The notes under the pieces are model-generated. The model was given only the letters and a program-made list of their open reading frames with translations. It was not told the origin of the DNA and made no database searches. Positions 37,891 through 46,387 of a stretch of DNA of 64,000 bases are shown here, in pieces. The DNA is taken from the IMG/VR virus record IMGVR_UViG_3300024252_000008; one strand, given 5' to 3'. The position numbers were made by a program, and so were the translations under genes. Numbering within the stretch: the first letter of the stretch is position 1; every line of letters begins with the position of its first letter. This DNA comes from an uncultured virus (IMG/VR IMGVR_UViG_3300024252_000008) (taxonomy: Duplodnaviria > Heunggongvirae > Uroviricota > Caudoviricetes > Schitoviridae).

Positions 37891-38166
37891 TTATGCCCAC
37901 CATATTACTTTACCAACTATTAATTTGGTGGTTATGTGGGTTTTATTTCCCTCTACAATGCCTTGGTACCGGTTGGCACTCTTATGTTTGGTAAGCTGAT
38001 AGTGACCCTTGGGAGTTCTAAGGAATGCTCTGTCTGGGCGTATTACCACAGATACTTTGCGGTCAATTGATACGAAGGCTGATACTTGGTCAGCATCAGA
38101 TGTTTTAGCAATATGACCGTCAGGAAGGATGCCTTGTAATTTAATGTTATGAGGCTTTTTGGCCAT
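37891..38166 (-). CDS. Hypothetical early protein
   Basis: AAGGAG RBS. Confidence 0.5.
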   Translation of the reverse strand: MAKKPHNIKLQGILPDGHIAKTSDADQVSAFVSIDRKVSVVIRPDRAFLRTPKGHYQLTKHKSANRYQGIVEGNKTHITTKLIVGKVIWWA

Positions 38167-38199
38167 TGGTCTTCTCCTTGGTTATTAATTCAAAAACAA

Positions 38200-38229
38200 A
38201 AAACCCTTTGGAACAACTCCAAAAGGTTT
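38200..38229 (-). terminator. Intrinsic terminator
   Basis: AACCCTTTGGA/TCCAAAAGGTT stem followed by T-tract on the minus strand. Confidence 0.55.
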
Positions 38230-38253
38230 CTATTAATTTTTATTGAACTGGGT

Positions 38254-38790
38254 TTAATCTGCTATGATGCTGGCAAAGATGAAATCCTGATATTTTTGGT
38301 TTGTTTTCTCTAACCATCCCTGTTCAGAAAAACTGTAATAATTTTCTCCAATAATCAGATGGTCATGCAAGGTTACATCAATGCTTGAAAGTGCAATTCC
38401 AATTCGTGCTGTAATCATAAGATCTTCAGATGATGGCTTTGTGGAGCCCGACGGGTGGTTATGTGTCAAAATTATTGCTGCAGCTTTATTTTTCAACACC
38501 TTTTTTACAATTTCTCTGGGGTATACTGCGGAACTTGTGATTGAGCCAGAAAACATCTTTTCGATAGCAATGATGTGATTTTTGGCATCCAGTAAGATAC
38601 AGTACATTTTTTCGATGTCGTCATGCCTGGCAAAGAAAGGCTTCATGATATTACAGACCTCCTGGGCATTTGATAAAGCATTGCCCTTACTGGATTCCTT
38701 GATCATAGACGCAAAATGCCCGGATTTAAGGTCATCCCAAAACCTGGTTATTTTCTTTGTATTTTCTGAACTGCTTGAATGATTTTCCAT
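38254..38790 (-). CDS. radC: RadC-like JAB domain protein
   Basis: E....LLD.KN..I, VYPREI, HNHPSG...PS.ED, DHLIIG. Confidence 0.85.
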   Translation of the reverse strand: MENHSSSSENTKKITRFWDDLKSGHFASMIKESSKGNALSNAQEVCNIMKPFFARHDDIEKMYCILLDAKNHIIAIEKMFSGSITSSAVYPREIVKKVLKNKAAAIILTHNHPSGSTKPSSEDLMITARIGIALSSIDVTLHDHLIIGENYYSFSEQGWLEKTNQKYQDFIFASIIAD

Positions 38791-39011
38791 TATTTAAGTC
38801 TCCTGTTTTAGTGCGTTTAAGGGTAGTTGCTGATAGTCTAACATATTGTCGGTTGGCAATGTTAATGATGCCATTGAATGACTTATCAGTACGATTGATG
38901 CAGTGATGTAGGTAACGTGCTCCGATTTGGTTACGCATGGTCTATCTCCTTTGGTTAATGTGTGAGCCCGGTTAGGCCCACACTTATAATTTAATTAGAA
39001 AGGTATAATTA

Positions 39012-39185
39012 TTAAGCTTTGCAGTACCAAATACCTTTAATACAATAAGCATGAATAACTGTATCTTTATCAATAAAGAAGAATTGATTTTTAGTAATAT
39101 CAAAGGCTTTAATTTGTTTTTGAAAGTTAGTAATATTAATATTATTGAGTAAGTTGGTTAGTTCTTCAGTTTGAGTATTACGCAT
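39012..39185 (-). CDS. Hypothetical early protein (57 aa)
   Basis: AGGAG RBS; MRNTQTEEL...; directly after a hairpin promoter. Confidence 0.5.
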   Translation of the reverse strand: MRNTQTEELTNLLNNINITNFQKQIKAFDITKNQFFFIDKDTVIHAYCIKGIWYCKA

Positions 39186-39235
39186 GGTTGGTAGCTCCTA
39201 TTAGTAGTAATTAGTTTAAAGAAGTATTAATACTT

Positions 39236-39256
39236 CCATTGATATAACCGGAGGTT
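39236..39256 (-). promoter_or_regulatory. vRNAP hairpin promoter
   Basis: CC-ATTGATAT-AACC-GGA-GGTT. Confidence 0.8.
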
Positions 39257-39329
39257 GGGCAAGTTAATGGGCAGTATTCTTTTAACCTTGCCCAGAGGTT
39301 ATAGCTTTAAGATGATTAGACCAATGTAG

Positions 39330-39663
39330 ATTTAGGTGATATGCTTGCAGTTATTAAGCAACGAGCTATGCATATTCTTTTCAAACACCTCCCCATTCTG
39401 GTCAATCAAATAATGGACTAACCAACTGGTTAGTAATTTAAGACACACGGTCCAAGGTGTGAATTAGTGCGTTGGGAGTTCCAAGTGCACTAAGCTTGTC
39501 GGCTTTATTTATAGTTTCGATGCATGATACTACCGCTCATTGCCGTTCGGCGGTAATGTCTTTCTAGCAAAGGAACAGTTGTTATGCTTTGCTAGTTCAA
39601 CGTGCATATATCTCGTTACGGAGATATGTCACATGGATGAACTTGCCTTTATAACAACTATCC
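39330..39663 (-). ncRNA. Candidate structured early non-coding RNA
   Basis: ORF-free, dense in hairpins, begins at a vRNAP promoter. Confidence 0.4.
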
Positions 39664-39682
39664 GTTTATATAACCGGAGGTA
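39662..39682 (-). promoter_or_regulatory. vRNAP hairpin promoter
   Basis: CC-GTTTATAT-AACC-GGA-GGT. Confidence 0.75.
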
Positions 39683-39926
39683 GAGGTGTTGATACAGACT
39701 GAAGGTGTTAGTATGTCGGGTAGGTATAGTGACCGATGGTCGGAGTGATGAACTATGTTAAATCAAGCTAAACAGTGTAAACATTTAAATAACAGTGTTA
39801 TTACAGGTAATTACGACCTCTTACGCACGGAGCTAAACAGCAATCTTAAAGCAACTATCTTAATGTGTTCTTTGTGTAGTAAAAGAGTAAAGCCATACCC
39901 GATGGACTGGGTATGGCTGGTTAGGG

Positions 39927-40184
39927 TTATTTCTTAGGTTTAGGAGTGGCCAGAAGCGCTTGATGATCGGCATCGAGGTCAATACGTTGTTTTGTGATGT
40001 CATACTTACGCTTGTCAGCGGCAAGAGCAGCATCATCGATACATGCTGCTTTGAAGTCCTCAGCTTTGACGTTACCGCCTTCGCTTATGACTTTAAGTGA
40101 GGACATGTTAATAGATAGGACACCCATTGTGTCCACAATGACATCGGATGTACGGGTCATTACCCGGGTTAAATTTTGAAACAT
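39927..40184 (-). CDS. First early protein (hypothetical)
   Basis: AGGAG RBS before MFQNLTR, downstream of promoter at 40220. Confidence 0.55.
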   Translation of the reverse strand: MFQNLTRVMTRTSDVIVDTMGVLSINMSSLKVISEGGNVKAEDFKAACIDDAALAADKRKYDITKQRIDLDADHQALLATPKPKK

Positions 40185-40219
40185 GATAAATCTCCTAGCT
40201 AGGGATTGTGGCGTTAGTG

Positions 40220-40240
40220 CCATTGATATAGCCAGAGGCC
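40220..40240 (-). promoter_or_regulatory. vRNAP hairpin promoter variant (AGA loop)
   Basis: CC-ATTGATAT-AGCC-AGA-GGCC. Confidence 0.6.
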
Positions 40241-40322
40241 AGGCAGATGGTGGGTGATGAAAACGTAGCCCTAAAGTTTTAAGCACCCGGGGGTGGGTTT
40301 GTGTTGTAGGCTCTTTACAGAG

Positions 40323-40495
40323 CAGAACTACCGGTGTACGTAATTTTTATTTTTTTAAAAAACTCGCAAACTCTTCATCTGTACGTAATTTATTTTTTTG
40401 ACAAAAACCTGGAACCGAACTTCATCTACGTCTAATTTATTTTTTTCTGAAAAACCTGAAACAGAACTACCGGTGTACTCAAATTTTATTTTTTG
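40323..40495. repeat. Four imperfect direct repeats (CAGAACTACCGGTGTAC...AATTT(T)ATTTTTT) at the probable genome terminus
   Basis: Copies near 40323, 40376, 40417 and 40462, in the divergent junction. Confidence 0.7.
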
Positions 40496-41011
40496 AGAAA
40501 AGTTGCAAAAAGTTAAAATTACTTGCTTAAGGTAATTATATAATATAATAGTAATATTAAGGTTTCTCACGGGCCTTTTTTTAACCTCCCTGAAAAAGAG
40601 TGAACTTTAACTAGTTTACTCTTTTTTAGTTTTATTACTTGCAAGTTAAATTTAATTAGTATAGGTTTTAGTTAATGTCTTCTCATGGGACATGTTAAAC
40701 TCCTTTTGGTTAGTGGTTGTTGAAAAAGGATCGGGCTTGGTAAACTCGGTCCTTTTTCTTTTTACGCGCCTCTGGCGCACCCTTAATAATCGGTTACAGA
40801 TCTACCGATCTTGTGTTCTTTCTCTTTGGTTCAGTTTTAGTTGCTCTTAGTTGAGCGTAGCGAAACATGGGTATGCGCAGCATGCTCTTATATACGCGCG
40901 CGCATGTACGCGCAAATAATATATATATAGACGTCACCAATCTGCGAATCACTAATAATTTCAAATAGTTATGAACAATTTCTTACCACACTTTTTATGG
41001 GAAAATAGTCC

Positions 41012-41039
41012 TTGACTTACATGTTTTATATGGTATGCT
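41012..41039 (+). promoter_or_regulatory. Sigma70-like promoter
   Basis: TTGACT-16-TATGCT with extended -10 TG. Confidence 0.55.
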
Positions 41040-41069
41040 GTGTTTATCCATAAAATAAGGGGATAAACT

Positions 41070-41498
41070 ATGACACAGTTTGTAGAGGTTATCGGAGATG
41101 ATGAAGAGGTTTATATTAGCCGGAAGGTTAAGCATAAAGTAGTAACACCATCTTATGATTGTATTGGAGGGAATATGCGTTACCAAACCAGAGTTAAGAA
41201 TTACCCACATTTGTATAAGACCATTCAGGCTATGTCTAAGCAGGTAGCCTGGCTATGGTGGGAGTTGGTTGATTCAAGAGACCCTTACACTAATATTGCT
41301 GTTTACCGGCCAGAGGGTAAAGTTGCTATTAATCGGTTAAGTGTGGCCTACAAAGCCCTTGAGGGTTTGGGATTAGTTAGACGGATTAAACAGCAGCATT
41401 ACTTGATTAACCCCCGGGCAGTTCTATCAGATTTCTCTACTTTTGATGATGTGCTTGAACAGTGGGAGAATAAAGGAGAATTAACCAATGAAAAATAA
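41070..41498 (+). CDS. RepL-like winged-helix DNA-binding protein
   Basis: AYKAL...GLVRRIK...YLINP signature; paralog at 15363. Confidence 0.55.
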   Translation: MTQFVEVIGDDEEVYISRKVKHKVVTPSYDCIGGNMRYQTRVKNYPHLYKTIQAMSKQVAWLWWELVDSRDPYTNIAVYRPEGKVAINRLSVAYKALEGLGLVRRIKQQHYLINPRAVLSDFSTFDDVLEQWENKGELTNEK

Positions 41499-41665
41499 AT
41501 ATTATATAGTAAGACACCAACCCCCATTACCCGCAGGGAATACGGAGCAATGAGACCGGGCGAGCAAGCGTAGCGCAGCGAGAGTCCGGCGTAAATTGCG
41601 TAGTGTATTCCCAAGGGGTATAAATAAAAAATATTATTTTAAATAAACTAAACCAAAGGAATTTA

Positions 41666-41971
41666 ATGATTGATAACCGTGAATTATTCCAGGATAAGAA
41701 GTGGGAAAGGAACTGCTTGTTTGCTGTGAAGCATAAGCGTTCTGGGGCCAGTGTTTACAAAGAAGACTCCAGCTGTGCATGCCATGCATACGTTGAGTCT
41801 TTAGGTATGCTGTTAGTTTATATTTTTGGTTCAGAAGAAGAATGTATTGAGGCTGTTAAAAAACATAATAACGAATTAAAGATGAAAGACCTATTGCTGG
41901 ATAAGGTAAATAAGCCCCAATATGCTAATTTTACTATAGATGCTTTTAAAATAGAGGGGAATTCTTTATGA
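41666..41971 (+). CDS. Hypothetical protein
   Basis: AAGGA RBS. Confidence 0.45.
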   Translation: MIDNRELFQDKKWERNCLFAVKHKRSGASVYKEDSSCACHAYVESLGMLLVYIFGSEEECIEAVKKHNNELKMKDLLLDKVNKPQYANFTIDAFKIEGNSL

Positions 41972-42198
41972 TAGCTGATGCTAAATATAAAAATACTTTG
42001 CCTTTTAGACGGTTGTTACAGCAATTTGGTTATTACAATTTTAAAGTTGATCAACGCTATAATTACCCAATGGATCGTATTGATTTTAAAGTTAAACTCC
42101 CAAAACGAAAGGATGGTTTTATTTTTAATACTTTAAAGGAATTAGAGATAGAATTAAAAGAGTTAAAAATAAAAAACTTGCTTTTAAGAAATGTTTGA
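41968..42198 (+). CDS. Hypothetical protein
   Basis: Coupled to previous gene. Confidence 0.45.
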   Translation: MIADAKYKNTLPFRRLLQQFGYYNFKVDQRYNYPMDRIDFKVKLPKRKDGFIFNTLKELEIELKELKIKNLLLRNV

Positions 42199-42237
42199 CT
42201 ATACTTACCCTATACACTAACCCAAGGAGGAGGAAAG

Positions 42238-42441
42238 ATGGAAGAATTTAAACAGTACAAAAGAAAAGGTTTATCTGAGATGCGTCCTTATGTAAAAGGA
42301 GAAGATTTAACAGATATTTCAGTAGCTGAAGTAGATGACCCTGAAAATGATATGGGTATGGTAGCCCGGAATCCACAGAATCATGCTGACCAGTGGTATG
42401 TGGCCCGTAAGTATTTTGAAGATAATTTAGAACCAGCTTAG
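42238..42441 (+). CDS. Small conserved phage protein
   Basis: EMRPY..GE...ARNP.NH.DQW.VA..YF..N. Confidence 0.6.
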   Translation: MEEFKQYKRKGLSEMRPYVKGEDLTDISVAEVDDPENDMGMVARNPQNHADQWYVARKYFEDNLEPA

Positions 42442-42449
42442 GAGGAAAG

Positions 42450-42974
42450 ATGGAAAAGTTTATTGGTACAAAAATTATTAAAGCAACACCTATGACTCGT
42501 GGAGATTACTGTGATTCACAGAGAATGGATGTTCCGGATGAACCATTAGCTGATGGCTATATGGTTGGTTACTCAAATGCTAAGGGTAAATTTGATGGAC
42601 CCTTGGAAAGCGGTTGTCATTATATCTCATGGAGCCCAATGGATGTGTTTGAGGCAGCTTATAAATCACTTGAAGATTCTATGACCTTTGGAACAGCTAT
42701 TGCAGCACTTAAAACTGGGCATAAGGTTGCCCGGGCAGGTTGGAATGGTAAAGATATGTGGTTGGTACTTATGACTGGAATGACTTTACCTCCTTTCTCA
42801 ACACAAGGGACAGATAGAAAGGTTAATGATCGAACCGCAAAATGGATTGGTGAAGACACACCCCTTGTAACGCTTCCGTATATTGCAATGTGGACTGCTG
42901 ATAAGAAATGGTTACCAGGCTGGTTAGCTTCACAGACTGATATGCTGGCTGATGATTGGATGATTATAAAATAG
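42450..42974 (+). CDS. DUF2829 / Tad2-like protein (candidate immune-signal sponge)
   Basis: N-domain GTK.IKA.PM...YISWSP.DVFE.AY; C-domain M.FG.A..ALK.G.KVARAGWNGK.M...W.ASQTDMLADDW. Confidence 0.7.
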   Translation: MEKFIGTKIIKATPMTRGDYCDSQRMDVPDEPLADGYMVGYSNAKGKFDGPLESGCHYISWSPMDVFEAAYKSLEDSMTFGTAIAALKTGHKVARAGWNGKDMWLVLMTGMTLPPFSTQGTDRKVNDRTAKWIGEDTPLVTLPYIAMWTADKKWLPGWLASQTDMLADDWMIIK

Positions 42975-42982
42975 GATAAACC

Positions 42983-43657
42983 ATGGACCCAATAACTGAA
43001 GAACAATTTAAAGCTGCACTACCGGTAACGGTTAAGAAATTAGTTAATCCTCAGATCATTGATGATATTAATGATATGCTGATGAATCCGGAGGCTTTGG
43101 AACATTTCCGAGAGAACCTGTTAAGCTATACCAATGTGATGACTGAAGGCCGGTTTAAGATGACCAGCTATATCAGTGCAGTGAAATATGTTAGTTTTAA
43201 GTTATTGGGTCATACAAATAAAGATGCTTACATCAAAACCTTTCCGGATAAGTATGTAGGCTTTCTGGCAGATGGTGTAGCTCAAAAGGATATTGCGAGT
43301 TACACCACTGCCTATAACAAGAGTAAATTAGTTAATCTTATTTTTGAACAGACACTAGTACCCTTTCATGTACTGAATGCCCCCGCGTACCAGGATGCTT
43401 TGAATACTCAAGTTGACCTGATGCATCATGCCAAGTCAGAGAAAGTAAGATCTGATGCAGCCAACAGTGTAATGGTTCATTTGAAACCCCCAGAATCCTC
43501 TAAACTGGAGTTAGATATTACAGTAAAACAGGATGACTCTATCAGGACTTTAAGAGAAACTACTCTCAAATTAGCTAAGCAACAGCAAGAGCTTATTCTT
43601 AATGGTTCACACTCAGTTAAGACCATTGCTGAGAGTACGTTGGTGAATGATGACTGA
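42983..43657 (+). CDS. Terminase small subunit (N4 gp69-like)
   Basis: FRENLLSY..V..EGRFK...Y..AVKYVS, SEKVRSDAA; precedes TerL. Confidence 0.8.
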   Translation: MDPITEEQFKAALPVTVKKLVNPQIIDDINDMLMNPEALEHFRENLLSYTNVMTEGRFKMTSYISAVKYVSFKLLGHTNKDAYIKTFPDKYVGFLADGVAQKDIASYTTAYNKSKLVNLIFEQTLVPFHVLNAPAYQDALNTQVDLMHHAKSEKVRSDAANSVMVHLKPPESSKLELDITVKQDDSIRTLRETTLKLAKQQQELILNGSHSVKTIAESTLVNDD

Positions 43658-45242
43658 TAAATTAAAAGATAACCCATCTTTAGAAAAATTACTTAATGAA
43701 GTTAATTATTCTTTTTTCAATGAGCATTATGTCCCGTCAGAAGAAGCACTGGCTTATATTACTTTTATTAAGTTAGTTAATGGTACTGAAGGTGAAGAAA
43801 ATAAGTCACCTGTCTTCCATATGGATATGCTCGATAATATAAATGCTAATAATAATAATCTATTTGTGTCTTTCCGTGGCAGTGCCAAAACGACTGCTCT
43901 ACATGAGTACATGTTTTTATATATTGCAGTATATGGTGAATTCTTTGATTTTGGTGAGGTGTCAGTGGCAATGTATATCAGTGACACCATTGATAACGGT
44001 ATTAAGAGTATGCGTAAGAATTTAGAGTTCAGGTATAATAATTCTGAATTCTTAAAAACTTATATTCCTACTGCAAACTTTACTGATGTCCGATGGGAGT
44101 TTATTAATGCTGCCGGCCATAGATTTTGTGTCAGAGGGTTCGGGGCCAGTACCGGTGTGAGAGGATTTAAAGAATATGGGACCAGGCCATCCTGGGCAGG
44201 CTTTGACGATTTAATGAGTGATAAGAATGCTGAATCAGCTACTATTACCCGGGATATAAAGAATATTATATATAAAGCTGCTCGACAGGCTATGCATCCT
44301 GCTAAGCGTATGGTTATATGGACCGGTACCCCTTTTAATCAAAGAGACCCATTATATGAAGCTGCAGGCAGTAGTGGTTGGAATACCAGAGTATATCCGA
44401 TCTGTGAAGAGTTTCCCTGTGCCAGAGAGGACTTTAAAGGCGCTTGGGAGGACAGGTTTACCTTTGACTTTGTACAGCAGGAGTATGATACTCTCTCAGA
44501 GAATGGTGAGATCAGTGCGTTTAACCAGGAGTTAATGTTGAGAATTATGTCTCAGGAAGACAGGTTAATCCAGGATTCAGATATTTGTTGGTATAAACAT
44601 GAAATGATCTTAAATAATTTAGGGGCCTTTAATTATTATATTACTACTGATTTTGCCACCAGTAAGAAGAGTTCTAGTGATTTTTCTGTTATATCGGTGT
44701 GGGCCCTGAATAATAAAGGCTTTTGGTTTTGGATCGATGGCATTTGTAAAAAGCAGTTAATGAACCATAACATTGATGACTTATTTAGGTTGGCTCAGAA
44801 GTGGCAACCCCAGACAGTAGGTGTTGAGGTGAGTGGCCAGCAAGGTGGATTTATACCCTGGATCCAAAGTGAAATGATGGATCGTAATATTTATTTTATG
44901 CTCGCAACTGACAATAATAGTAACCAGCCGGGCATAAGACCTAACTCCCATAAAATGGTTAGATTTAATATTGTTGTTCCTTGGTTCAAGGCTAAAAAAA
45001 TGTATCTTCCTTTAGAATTAAAAGACACCCCTCCAATGCAAGAGTGCATAAATGAGTTGCAATTAGTTTCTCCGAGCGGTATGAAGAGTAAACACGATGA
45101 CTTTATAGATACTATTTCTATGTTGAGTAGTTTGACAGTATGGAGACCAAGTGATAATGTGATCATGCATAAAGACCAAAATAATGTTTATGAAAGTGAG
45201 AAGGAAGACAATGTATCAACAATTGATTCTTATGTAGTGTAA
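43647..45242 (+). CDS. terL: Terminase large subunit (N4 gp68-like)
   Basis: FRGSAKTT Walker A, FDDL, GTPF, TTDFA, KHDDFIDTISML. Confidence 0.92.
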   Translation: MMTDKLKDNPSLEKLLNEVNYSFFNEHYVPSEEALAYITFIKLVNGTEGEENKSPVFHMDMLDNINANNNNLFVSFRGSAKTTALHEYMFLYIAVYGEFFDFGEVSVAMYISDTIDNGIKSMRKNLEFRYNNSEFLKTYIPTANFTDVRWEFINAAGHRFCVRGFGASTGVRGFKEYGTRPSWAGFDDLMSDKNAESATITRDIKNIIYKAARQAMHPAKRMVIWTGTPFNQRDPLYEAAGSSGWNTRVYPICEEFPCAREDFKGAWEDRFTFDFVQQEYDTLSENGEISAFNQELMLRIMSQEDRLIQDSDICWYKHEMILNNLGAFNYYITTDFATSKKSSSDFSVISVWALNNKGFWFWIDGICKKQLMNHNIDDLFRLAQKWQPQTVGVEVSGQQGGFIPWIQSEMMDRNIYFMLATDNNSNQPGIRPNSHKMVRFNIVVPWFKAKKMYLPLELKDTPPMQECINELQLVSPSGMKSKHDDFIDTISMLSSLTVWRPSDNVIMHKDQNNVYESEKEDNVSTIDSYVV

Positions 45243-45269
45243 ACTAAATATTTAACGTAGAGGGTACTC

Positions 45270-45995
45270 ATGATTACCTTACAAGAGTTTTTTGACACTT
45301 TAGCCTCTGGAGAATTTTCTAATTTGGCTCTAGGCAATTCAGTGTTATCCACTATTACCGAAGAAAAATATCCCAAGATAGTTAGTAATGTAAATTTAGG
45401 TCTTATTGAGATTTATAAGCGCTTTACTCTTAAAGAAAAGAGAATTGATCTTTATGAACAGACTGGTATTACTCATTATTTAATTCGTTCAGATTACCTT
45501 AGCAGCACTGTAGCTGCTGTGTCCTCTAATGGTTATTTAATTGAAGATAGCGATGATCCCTTTGAAGATGATATAATTAAGATTACTGAAGTTATTGATG
45601 CTGATGATGATCCAATCCATCTTAATGATAAACGTTTTCCGGATCTGGGGGTGTTCACTCAAGCATTTGATACTATAAGACTTACGCCTCAAGATCCTTT
45701 AAGAGTTCTGACTTTAATCTATTTGGCCAGTTATCCCAAAATTGTAGTAGAAGATGACTTTAATCCAGAAGAAGTAGAATTATTCTTTCCTAGTTGGATA
45801 CTAGAGCCCCTATTGCTTTATGTTGCTGCCCGGGTGTTCCAGGGAAAGGCTTCTAAGGCTGCTGAAGGTGAGCGAAGTCTTTATACTACTTTTATGTACC
45901 AATATGAAAATTCATGTAAAAAAATAGAGTTACTTGGTTTGGCTGATAAGACTGAGGAATCTTCCGAAAAATTTGAAAGTAATGGGTGGACTTAA
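45270..45995 (+). CDS. N4 gp67-like virion adaptor protein
   Basis: L..GE.SNL, N.GL...YKRF, LLLYVAAR, KFE.NGW; synteny. Confidence 0.75.
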   Translation: MITLQEFFDTLASGEFSNLALGNSVLSTITEEKYPKIVSNVNLGLIEIYKRFTLKEKRIDLYEQTGITHYLIRSDYLSSTVAAVSSNGYLIEDSDDPFEDDIIKITEVIDADDDPIHLNDKRFPDLGVFTQAFDTIRLTPQDPLRVLTLIYLASYPKIVVEDDFNPEEVELFFPSWILEPLLLYVAARVFQGKASKAAEGERSLYTTFMYQYENSCKKIELLGLADKTEESSEKFESNGWT

Positions 45996-46387
45996 TTATG
46001 GTACCTGGTAATTACGATATTACAATTTACAGAGGTGGTACATTTTCAGTAGGTATTAATGCTGAGAATGCTGCAGGAGTAGCAATTGATTTCAGTACTT
46101 ACGATTCGGTACGTATGCAGATCAGACCTGCTTGGATTAAAAAACATGGTAATAGCCCAATGGTACCACTATTAGAGTTGACAACTGATAATGGTGGTAT
46201 TGAAGTAGTAACCACTACTCTTACTATGTTTATTTCTGCAGCTGACACGGCTGCATTAACTTTTAATGAAGGCCGTTATGACCTGGAACTAGTTACTGAT
46301 GCTGTTGTCGGACCTCCGGTAGTTGCTGAAGTGGTTGACAAGATTCTTGTTGGCTTAGTAAAGGTTACTGGCGAAATAACACTATGA
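45986..46387 (+). CDS. Tail-fibre attachment/adaptor-like protein
   Basis: I.RG.TF...RMQIR...YDLEL...G.V.V. Confidence 0.55.
   Translation: MDLIMVPGNYDITIYRGGTFSVGINAENAAGVAIDFSTYDSVRMQIRPAWIKKHGNSPMVPLLELTTDNGGIEVVTTTLTMFISAADTAALTFNEGRYDLELVTDAVVGPPVVAEVVDKILVGLVKVTGEITL

Noticed and set aside
40355..40570. 71-aa minus-strand ORF
   Set aside because: Runs through terminal repeats; poor RBS spacing; low complexity
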